DNA of 55,360 nucleotides from contig JAFZZV010000081.1 in the NCBI GenBank assembly GCA_017828855.1, forward strand, positions 1-55,360, in the 5' to 3' direction. Made by a program: the position numbers and the translations under genes. Source of the stretch: Oscillospiraceae bacterium. GTDB taxonomy: Bacteria > Bacillota > Clostridia > Oscillospirales > Ruminococcaceae. Position 1 is the first letter of the stretch. Each line of letters opens with the position of its first letter. Below are positions 44,337-52,288 of the stretch, piece after piece. A model generated the notes under the pieces. The model was not told where the DNA came from, ran no database searches, and saw only the letters and a list, made by a program, of their open reading frames with translations.

Positions 44337-45944
44337 TCAGTTGACTGCCGATCCGCATTCAGGGCAGAAAGTACCGTGAACGACGGCTCCGCAGTTGGGA
44401 CAGATCCTGCCTGAACCGGGAGACTTCGTCTCGGAGATGCTCTTGTCCTTTGGCCAGGACACCTTGTAGGACAGTTCCCTGGTGATCGTCTCGCCCGCAG
44501 GAACGGTGACCGTTCCCGTGACGATCCCGGTCTTGTCGTCCTTCTCCATCCCGGACAGTTCTTTGACCTCGACCGTGATGTCCTTCTCGCGAGAGACCGG
44601 TATCTGATCCTTGATCTCTACGGACATTTCAGCTGCGGAAACATTCGTAACTTTCGTCTCGAACACATGATCCACTGTCCGCAGACCTTTGAGGAACGCG
44701 TTGGATGCTTTCCTCGAAACTTCTTTTCTGGTGACCTTTATCCGTTCCTCTTCTCCGAGAGTTATGACGATCTCTTCCTTTGTCAGATCCGGATCCACAG
44801 TGACTGTACCCAGGTATTTGCCTCTGAGGAATACTCCTGCAGCTACCGATGTGCTGAACGGGATATCCTCAGTTTTTACTTTTGCTGTCAGGAACGCTCT
44901 GGGATCAGCGGAAGGTGCCGCGGATACGACATATTCCGCCGGCACCTGGCTGCTCTGCAGATCTGCGACGGTGCCGTCATAGTTATCCAGGACATCTCTT
45001 TTCCCGGGGATGACATATTCTGTCATCGTATCGTCATCGCTGACCTCGGCCTCTTCCATCGTTATCCTGACAGGGGCTGCTGCTGCCATCGCCGCACCCA
45101 TCGCCATCGGCGCAGCGTCTTCCATGGCCTCATAGGCACGATCGACCATCATGTCCATTGATGCCGCCTTTGCCGCCATGCGCATGGATGACCTCATCAC
45201 GTTGGCTGTGCGGAAATCGAGATAGACCGGTGTCAGTTCCGGGAGCGTGCTTCCGGCTGCAGGGTTTCCGGTATAAAGGCTGATCGAAACGCCGTTCCAG
45301 TCCTCGCCTGTGTGCTCCGTGATCTTTGCACGCATGCGGACCTCCATGGGACCTTCTCCGTCAGTGTAGAGCTCGTAGACAGGACGCCACTCGGCGCTGT
45401 TGTCAAAGTATCTCAGTTCAAACGGATACGTTCCCGCCTTTTCCGCGGTTATATCAGCAACGACAGCCGGCAGCTGTTCCTTTTTAATTGCCTTCTCTTT
45501 TTCTTTTGCAAGCTGTTCTGTTTTCTTTCTTCCTTCCAGAATCTGACCGTACAGTTTTTCTATCCTCTCGGGCAGTTTATCGATATACTCCTGGATCTCG
45601 GAAGCGGTCTGTGCCGAGCGGTTCGTGAAATCCCCGTTGGACTGCCACATCTCTATCTGCATCTCTCTGATGCCGATCTGCCTCTCGATCTCATCTATCT
45701 GTTTCTGAATGATATCGGATTCCTTTTCCTCCAGATGCTCCCCGTAAGTCTCGAACCTCTGATTGGAGCACTTTATGCCCTCGCTGCTGAACAGACGGAC
45801 CGTATCTGTCCTGGAACTTCCCGTAAGTCCGAGAACATACAGTTTCTGTGTTCCTTCAGACAGCTCGACTGTTCCTCTTCGTACGACTTCCGCTCCTCTG
45901 CGATAGATGCTTACGCTGTCCACCGCCGTTGTTAGGACGTTCAT
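44337..45944 (-). CDS. DUF4140/DUF4139 (MuiA-like) family protein with a C-terminal zinc ribbon
   Basis: 535 aa. The N-terminus is VSIYRRGAEVVRRGTVELSEGTQKLYVLGLT....DTVRL, followed by a coiled coil. The DUF4139 hallmark is AEWRPVYELY...ITEHTGEDWNGVSISLYTGNP. The C-terminus is CPNCGAVVHGTFCPECG. The RBS is GGAGGTAAAACA-ATG. Confidence 0.85.
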   Translation of the reverse strand: MNVLTTAVDSVSIYRRGAEVVRRGTVELSEGTQKLYVLGLTGSSRTDTVRLFSSEGIKCSNQRFETYGEHLEEKESDIIQKQIDEIERQIGIREMQIEMWQSNGDFTNRSAQTASEIQEYIDKLPERIEKLYGQILEGRKKTEQLAKEKEKAIKKEQLPAVVADITAEKAGTYPFELRYFDNSAEWRPVYELYTDGEGPMEVRMRAKITEHTGEDWNGVSISLYTGNPAAGSTLPELTPVYLDFRTANVMRSSMRMAAKAASMDMMVDRAYEAMEDAAPMAMGAAMAAAAPVRITMEEAEVSDDDTMTEYVIPGKRDVLDNYDGTVADLQSSQVPAEYVVSAAPSADPRAFLTAKVKTEDIPFSTSVAAGVFLRGKYLGTVTVDPDLTKEEIVITLGEEERIKVTRKEVSRKASNAFLKGLRTVDHVFETKVTNVSAAEMSVEIKDQIPVSREKDITVEVKELSGMEKDDKTGIVTGTVTVPAGETITRELSYKVSWPKDKSISETKSPGSGRICPNCGAVVHGTFCPECGSAVN

Positions 45945-46039
45945 TGTTTTACCTCCAGATCTGAATAATTGGTTATTTGTGTTTTGAAAAGTATCGTGTT
46001 TACTCTGCCGTTCCCGGTATTTCTCATAACTGTTCCCGT

Positions 46040-47431
46040 TCAGCTCAGATATCTGACGCCGTATTTGCTCGTCAGGGCACTGTCGGAGAAAACAAGCCAG
46101 TTGTCCCTGTCATCAGTATAACCTACGACATTGTTCCTGTTCCCGTTCGGATCCACCGTATCAAGCACCTCTACCTTACCGTACGAGAACTTCATATTGT
46201 ATGTCAGATCCCCTCTGGTATGCCTGATGTCTCCATTGTAATGGCCGTCATATAAGGTACCGGAAAGTACCGCCGTAGGAGGATTTTCCGGCCCGTTGCC
46301 GTAATCCGTCTCTCTGAACGCACCTCTCGGATCGTTCGCTGTCCAATCCGTCTCGAAGAATTCATATGACCTGTTTGCAGTGCCCGCTCCCGAGATGAAG
46401 AACGTCCTGGCGTGCCCTTCCTTGATACGTTCAGAAACGAATTCTCCGATGTAGACCTGCGCATTGTTCTTTCCGTCTATGTTGAACTCAACACCTGCAG
46501 TTCCGTCTCCGTCAAGGACTCTGACAGGTATCATCCCTCCGTTTTCCCTGTATTCCGTCAATACAGGATAGGCTTCTTCCAGCGAACTGAAGACAGCTGC
46601 ATATTCCGTATCGGGGTTCGCTGTCCTGATCCGTTCCGCAATGACCGAAAGCCTTTCGTAAAGGTCCCTCAGGTGATATGCGGTCTGCGTCTCCGCTCTT
46701 ATCCGGTCGGTGCTCTCTGCCGGGAGCTCTGAAGAAGCGACAGCTATCAGCTCCTCCACTTCTCTCTCGGTCCCCTGTTCGACCAGATACATCGCCCACG
46801 CTTTATAGGACGCTTCGAGCACGTCTTTGTTTTCTTCCAGTGCTTCGGGCTTGATATCTGCGAGGATCCTCGCCTCCCTTACACTGTCCACGAATCTTCC
46901 TTCCGAGGATGCAGCCTGAGCGCGTTCCTTTACTATCGCATACATATCATCTATGTTCATCAGGGCTTCTTCTGAATCAGGATGAATGTCAAGTGCCTTG
47001 TAGTAGGATTCCGATGCGGATGAGTAATTCCCTATCTGATATGCCTCGCGGGCTTTCTTCATGTATCTTTTGAATCTGCTCTCCGGCAGGTTTCTGTACA
47101 CGAACACCCCGCCGATGATAAAGACCATCGCGGCTATGATCGCGACCAGCGTCTTCCTGTATCCGCTCTGTCTGTCGGGCACCCGGGGATCCGTGCTGAT
47201 CCTCTCTCCGATCGGCTTCACCTGGTCACCCGGTGCGGGCTCATGTGCCGTGCCGCCCTCAGGCACAACGCTGACCGGAAGATGTTCAGCTGCTTCAAGC
47301 CGGGTATCGAGATCGTTTTCGGGCTCTGCAGAGGCATTCTCCTGCGCGAGCTCGTGATCAACGGATCTGCCGCAGTTCGGGCAGATCTCGGATCCTTCAG
47401 GGATCATACGACCGCAGTCAGGACACAACAT
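46040..47431 (-). CDS. Zinc-ribbon / TM / TPR-like / beta-repeat membrane protein, paralog A
   Basis: 463 aa with the N-terminus MLCPDCGRMIPEGSEICPNCG and a TM segment LVAIIAAMVFIIGGVFVY. The helical module has YYKALDIHPDSEEAL, ARILADIKPE and YKAWAMYL. The C-terminus has VYIGEF...NVVGYTDD. The RBS is GGAGGGTTTGATCG-ATG, 15 nt after the stop of paralog B. Confidence 0.8.
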   Translation of the reverse strand: MLCPDCGRMIPEGSEICPNCGRSVDHELAQENASAEPENDLDTRLEAAEHLPVSVVPEGGTAHEPAPGDQVKPIGERISTDPRVPDRQSGYRKTLVAIIAAMVFIIGGVFVYRNLPESRFKRYMKKAREAYQIGNYSSASESYYKALDIHPDSEEALMNIDDMYAIVKERAQAASSEGRFVDSVREARILADIKPEALEENKDVLEASYKAWAMYLVEQGTEREVEELIAVASSELPAESTDRIRAETQTAYHLRDLYERLSVIAERIRTANPDTEYAAVFSSLEEAYPVLTEYRENGGMIPVRVLDGDGTAGVEFNIDGKNNAQVYIGEFVSERIKEGHARTFFISGAGTANRSYEFFETDWTANDPRGAFRETDYGNGPENPPTAVLSGTLYDGHYNGDIRHTRGDLTYNMKFSYGKVEVLDTVDPNGNRNNVVGYTDDRDNWLVFSDSALTSKYGVRYLS

Positions 47432-47446
47432 CGATCAAACCCTCCG

Positions 47447-49816
47447 CTAATTATCCTTATACACAGCTGCAAACGGCAGGCTCGAGCCCAGCAGCGCCCC
47501 TTCATCCTCAAGGCAGATGCACCATTTCTCGTCGCTGGTGTATCCTATCACATTCGATCTTCCGTCCGGGCCTGTCTCATCGATCACGACAGCTTTTCCT
47601 CCCGCGTAATCGGCATAGAACGTTTTATCGTCATCGGAAGAGATGATAGTCCTTCCCTCATACAGCCCGGCTTTGAGCAGTCCTTCCACACGAAGGTTCA
47701 TGCCCGTTCCGTATACTTTTGCTGAAAAAGCTCCGGATGGAGCATCATCCGTCCACACACATGTGTAATACCATCCGTCCCCTTCATTCGCACCGGAGGT
47801 CAGGATCACATATGAATCAGCAGTACCGATCCTGTTCCCGCCGCTGTTGAATTCCCCGATATACAGCTGCAGGACACGCCCTCCGTCATAATAGAACCCC
47901 GCCTGCCTTCCCAGCAGATCCGAACCTGTCCTGACAGGGAACGTTCCTCCCGCCGCTGCATACTCCGAGATCTCTCCGGACATGCTTGCGAGGATCTCCA
48001 GAACGGCTTCTGTGTCTTCCTGCATATTCAGTTCAAGACATCTCTCCCCCTTCTCGGTGAAGAACTCTGCAAATCTGTATCTTGCACGCGCGTCCTCGGA
48101 GCGCGTGACCACGTTTCTGTAGGCGTCCCGGTCAAGTTCTCTTGAAGCCTGATCCAGCACCAGGCCGAGATCGTTCTCGTCTCCGCTCATAGCAGCTGCG
48201 GCCGCCCAGGAAGAATAGACTTCCTCCAGAAGCTGTGCGATATCTTCCTCTCTGGACGGATGTACCTTCCTCAGTATCCCGATCTGACTGACTGCTTCCT
48301 TGAATTTGGCCTTTTGTGTGTATTCCCTGACAAGGCCGTTCGTTTCGACCCAGTACAGGTCCAGCCTTTCCGATGCCATCGGTGAGTCGGGTATTATCTC
48401 AAGCGCAAGATTGTATTCTTCGGCCGCCTCGGATATATCTCCCTTTCTGTCTGCATCCTCAGCCTTCCGCATATGCCGTCTATATATGTTCTCGGGACGC
48501 GTGAGGTAATACAGGAGGAAAACGGCTACAGCTGCTGCAGCGGCGGCGAATGTCAGAATGATGCGCTTCCAGTTCCTCTCGTCATCCTTCTTCTCTGAGC
48601 TGTTCCCGTCTTCAATGATAGGTTTGCCGGGTTCGGTGTGAGGCATCGCGATGGTATCCTCTGTAACACCGGACAGCGCTGTTTCTCCGCTGTCCTCAGA
48701 GATGCTCACTATGTCTTCCGGAAGCGGCAGGATCTCCGTATCCCGGACAATGCCTTCCGGATCGCTGTCCGCAGTATCCTTCTCTCCGGCCTCCATCATT
48801 GCAAGTTCCAGAGCATTGAAGTCCTCAATTCCTTCTGCCGCATGTGCGTCTTCTGCCGTAGCGTCTCCGGCACTTACTGTCTGTATCTGTATCTCTTCAT
48901 CCGCAGGAACGGGAATAAGCGGAATATCCGTTTCCTTCTCATCCGGAGCCTCAGTCAGCTCCGGTGCATCCGGAACGACGCTCTCTGTCTCACTGTTCGC
49001 AGCCGTATCTGTTTCCGATATCAACGCCTGCTCGGCGGTCTCCGGCAGAGAAATGCTTTCCGGCAGGTCAGATGAACTCTTCTGCAGAGATGATCCGTCT
49101 GCAGTCAGCAGATCATCCTCGCCTTCCCATTCGGAAAAAAGCCCGAGTATGCTCTCTACCGCTTCAGTCAGTTCGGATCCGGTGTAATCGTATCCGGTAT
49201 CCGTGTCGGAAACTGCCGGAGCCTCAGGCAACTGCAGATCCGCATCCTGAAGGAGAGATCCGCTGTCGGCATCGGCAGACAATTCGGTAAGCGGAAGTAT
49301 CTCTTCTCTCTCCTCAGTATCATTACCCTCAGCTGTCCGCGCCGGCTCAGAGCCGTTATCCGATGTCTCTTCAGACTGAAGGAACGGCGGGATCGTATCG
49401 GTGGCAGCTTCAGTTTCTGTCAATTCAGTCTGGATACCGGCTGCTGTTTCGGACAGATCAAACATATCCACATCAGGCAGGAATCCGCCCTCCGCTCCGT
49501 CCGCTGCAATGATATCCAGGATCGCATAGACACCGCTCATATCAGTGAGCGGATCCGGATCCCTGTCCGACTCGTCGGATTGAAGAGGTTCCTGTTCGAT
49601 CTCAGGCAGTTCGCCTGCATTGCCTGCGTCCGGATCCGGGTATGTGCCGTCATCAGCGATGGGCTGCAGGTCTTCACCTGCAGGACTCATCACTTCATCT
49701 TCTGTTTTGCCGGGGAATTCCGTATCCCATTCGGGAATGATGACCTTGGTCCCGCATCTGTAGCAGAAACCGGCATCTTCCGGGATCCTCGCACCGCAGT
49801 GCGAACAGAACAGCAT
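47447..49816 (-). CDS. Zinc-ribbon / long acidic linker / TM / TPR-like / beta-repeat membrane protein, paralog B
   Basis: 789 aa with the N-terminus MLFCSHCGARIPEDAGFCYRCG and an about 390-aa D/E/T/S/P-rich linker. The TM segment is ILTFAAAAAAVAVFLLYYL. Conserved motifs include YNLALEIIPDSPMA, YSSWAAAA, LYIGEF and NVIGYTSD. The RBS is AGGAGGAAAGCGCCG-ATG. Confidence 0.8.
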   Translation of the reverse strand: MLFCSHCGARIPEDAGFCYRCGTKVIIPEWDTEFPGKTEDEVMSPAGEDLQPIADDGTYPDPDAGNAGELPEIEQEPLQSDESDRDPDPLTDMSGVYAILDIIAADGAEGGFLPDVDMFDLSETAAGIQTELTETEAATDTIPPFLQSEETSDNGSEPARTAEGNDTEEREEILPLTELSADADSGSLLQDADLQLPEAPAVSDTDTGYDYTGSELTEAVESILGLFSEWEGEDDLLTADGSSLQKSSSDLPESISLPETAEQALISETDTAANSETESVVPDAPELTEAPDEKETDIPLIPVPADEEIQIQTVSAGDATAEDAHAAEGIEDFNALELAMMEAGEKDTADSDPEGIVRDTEILPLPEDIVSISEDSGETALSGVTEDTIAMPHTEPGKPIIEDGNSSEKKDDERNWKRIILTFAAAAAAVAVFLLYYLTRPENIYRRHMRKAEDADRKGDISEAAEEYNLALEIIPDSPMASERLDLYWVETNGLVREYTQKAKFKEAVSQIGILRKVHPSREEDIAQLLEEVYSSWAAAAAMSGDENDLGLVLDQASRELDRDAYRNVVTRSEDARARYRFAEFFTEKGERCLELNMQEDTEAVLEILASMSGEISEYAAAGGTFPVRTGSDLLGRQAGFYYDGGRVLQLYIGEFNSGGNRIGTADSYVILTSGANEGDGWYYTCVWTDDAPSGAFSAKVYGTGMNLRVEGLLKAGLYEGRTIISSDDDKTFYADYAGGKAVVIDETGPDGRSNVIGYTSDEKWCICLEDEGALLGSSLPFAAVYKDN

Positions 49817-49862
49817 CGGCGCTTTCCTCCTGTCCAGAGCGCTATGTGAACAGTTTCGTTCT

Positions 49863-51248
49863 TCAGTAAATATATATGAACGGGACTCCCAGTTGTCCGC
49901 TGACAGCCGAGTCCGAGAAAGAGATCATCTTTGTATTGTCCTTATTGTATCCCACTACGTTGGCGTCCGGTCCGTTATCCGAGAGTATCTTTACCCTGCC
50001 TTTGCTGTAGGTGATGAAGTAAGTCTCCCCGTCCCTGAACAGTTCCTCCGTCTCTCCGTCCCATAGCCCGTCGATCAGATCTCCCTTTATCACTATATCG
50101 TCGGATGAGTCGGATACATCGGCTCCCAGTTCATGATATACGCATGGGCCGTTCGGCCTGCCCTGCTCCCAGCCGCATGTATAACAGAAGAGAAACTGCC
50201 CGTCCTCTCCGAACAGTTCTGCATAGTACGCAGTCGCAGTCCCTTCAGGTCTTCCCTCTTCATCTATGCTTCCGACTACCAGCTGACAGTCTGACATATA
50301 GCGGTAAAACGCAAGCGCTGTTTCCGATCCTTCCGGCGCATATCGGAACGGTACAGATCCGCCGAGATCCACGAACTCCGCGAACTTTTCAGAAAATGAC
50401 GACATCTTTTCAAAGACCGCAGAGACCTCTTCATCAGCACTCAGAAGGATCAGTTCTTCCGAGTCAGTCCGGAGTTCCTTTAGTACTGCAAAATACCTCA
50501 GCGTATCCACGACGCTTTGCCTGATATCAATGATCTCGCTTTCGGACAGTTCTTCCGACGCAGATGAAAGGAGTTTTTCCACACCGTCCGGATCGTCATT
50601 TCCCGCCAGATCAGAAGCCCATTCCTTGTATATTACCGTAAGCGCGGAATGGTTCATGGTCTCCCTTTCCGGATCTATCTGCGGAAGGATCCTTGCCCTC
50701 TCCAGAGCTTCTTCGAATTTCCCGCTGTCCACGAGGTCCATGACCGCGGTGACCTCTTCGCTCCAGATCGTGTACAGCCTGTTCTGGGCTTCAAGAAGAT
50801 CAGGAATTATCTCAAGAACTGCCCTGTAATCGGATGCAGCCTCAACGATCTCGGAAGCTGCCAGGTGTGTTTCAGCGCTTCTCATCAGGCGCTCCGCGCG
50901 GTTCTTCGGGAGGCTGTACCAATACCAGTATCCCCCTGCCCCGATGATACAAAGAACCAGAAATGCCGCTATCACGGCTGCCACCGCCCTTGGTCCCTTT
51001 CCCCTTTTTTCTTCTGCGGTATCGGGGACTGAGACAGTCTCGCCCGGTCCGTGCCACTCGCCTGTGTTTTCAGGCGGCAGGACCGGTACAGGCAGCTGTA
51101 CCGATGCACCCTCCTCTGTTTTCGGGTTCAGATCCCGATTGGAGAGTTCTCCGGCCGTCACATCGCTTTCACAGGAAACAGGCGCTCCGCATTCATCGCA
51201 GACCGGCGCGTTCTCTTCAAGTTCTTTTCCACATCTGCTGCAGCGCAT
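49863..51248 (-). CDS. Zinc-ribbon / TM / TPR-like / beta-repeat membrane protein, paralog C
   Basis: The ATG at 51248 lies 6 nt after AAGGAG; the ORF-track TTG at 51263 is less likely. The N-terminus is MRCSRCGKELEENAPVCDECG and the TM segment is VAAVIAAFLVLCIIGAGGYWYW. Conserved motifs include YRAVLEIIPDLLEA, ARILPQIDPE, YKEWASDL and NVVGYNKD. Confidence 0.8.
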   Translation of the reverse strand: MRCSRCGKELEENAPVCDECGAPVSCESDVTAGELSNRDLNPKTEEGASVQLPVPVLPPENTGEWHGPGETVSVPDTAEEKRGKGPRAVAAVIAAFLVLCIIGAGGYWYWYSLPKNRAERLMRSAETHLAASEIVEAASDYRAVLEIIPDLLEAQNRLYTIWSEEVTAVMDLVDSGKFEEALERARILPQIDPERETMNHSALTVIYKEWASDLAGNDDPDGVEKLLSSASEELSESEIIDIRQSVVDTLRYFAVLKELRTDSEELILLSADEEVSAVFEKMSSFSEKFAEFVDLGGSVPFRYAPEGSETALAFYRYMSDCQLVVGSIDEEGRPEGTATAYYAELFGEDGQFLFCYTCGWEQGRPNGPCVYHELGADVSDSSDDIVIKGDLIDGLWDGETEELFRDGETYFITYSKGRVKILSDNGPDANVVGYNKDNTKMISFSDSAVSGQLGVPFIYIY

Positions 51249-51384
51249 GCCCTGCTCCTTCAAGTAGTTTTCCCTTCTATTAGTATAGATTATATATCAA
51301 GGCAGTCAGTGTTTTACCATGTTTTTCTTGTACGGGGCACTGTTTTCGACTAGAATCAGACATGTCTGCGTTTGGAGGGACTAA

Positions 51385-52116
51385 ATGGAAAGCAAACTTA
51401 CAAAAGCCATAAGGATCAGTCCCAGCATGTGTGACAGCAGCGGCAGGCTGGGCATTCCGGATACCGCTTCCCTTTTCATGGACATCGCTGCTGAGCATTC
51501 CGACAGGCTCGGGATAGGTCAGATCAAACTCAAATCAGAGGGAGGATTCTGGCTGACGATAAAGACTATTATGCGGTTCTACCGGAAGCCGGGATTCAGC
51601 GAGGAAGCTGAACTGTCAACATGGCCGGAGTATCCGGAGAAGCGCAGGTGCTACCGTGACTATCTCCTTTCAGGAACGGATGGCCCTCTTGCCGCCGGAA
51701 AAACGGAATGGGGGATCCTGGACATGGACACCGGAAGGCTCAGGCATCTGGATTCCATCTATCCCGCAGGTCTCGAACTGTCAGATATCTCCGCCCTGTC
51801 CGATGAGTTCGTCCGCTTTGACGAAGATATGTCCGCCGATGATATTCTCGGCACCTTCATCGTCAGATCCACTGATATAGATCTGGGGAACCACATGAAC
51901 AACGTCGCCTACATCAGAGCTTTTGCCTCTCTGTTCTCATCATCAGACTGGAACAGGATGGATATCAAGTTTATCGAGATCTGGTACCGCTCACAGTCAT
52001 TAGAAGGAGATGTCATTACCGCCCGGAAGAGAGAACGCGGTGACTGCAGCGAAGTCTCGTTTTTCAAGGAAGACGGGACCTGTACAGCGCAGATAAGATA
52101 CAGATGCGGAAGCTGA
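51385..52116 (+). CDS. Acyl-ACP thioesterase-family protein
   Basis: 243 aa with a double hot-dog layout. The first repeat is CDSSGRLGIPDTASLFMDIAAEHSD...GFWLTIK. The second is IVRSTDIDLGNHMNNVAYIRAF. The RBS is GGAGGGACTAA-ATG. Confidence 0.8.
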   Translation: MESKLTKAIRISPSMCDSSGRLGIPDTASLFMDIAAEHSDRLGIGQIKLKSEGGFWLTIKTIMRFYRKPGFSEEAELSTWPEYPEKRRCYRDYLLSGTDGPLAAGKTEWGILDMDTGRLRHLDSIYPAGLELSDISALSDEFVRFDEDMSADDILGTFIVRSTDIDLGNHMNNVAYIRAFASLFSSSDWNRMDIKFIEIWYRSQSLEGDVITARKRERGDCSEVSFFKEDGTCTAQIRYRCGS

Positions 52117-52199
52117 TATTACAGACCGATAATGTCATGGTCATTCTGTATACTTTCCGATTCACTCTCAGTATAAGGTGACGAATTTGATAAGAGCCT

Positions 52200-52228
52200 G
52201 CGGCATTCCCACGAAATGCCGCTTTTTT
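52200..52228 (+). terminator. Rho-independent terminator
   Basis: Stem gcggcatt / aatgccgc followed by tttttt. Confidence 0.8.
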
Positions 52229-52288
52229 CGTCTATAATTTCGATAGAGAGCAAAACAGACTTGCTGAGAACTGAAAGGAAGGAAAAAC

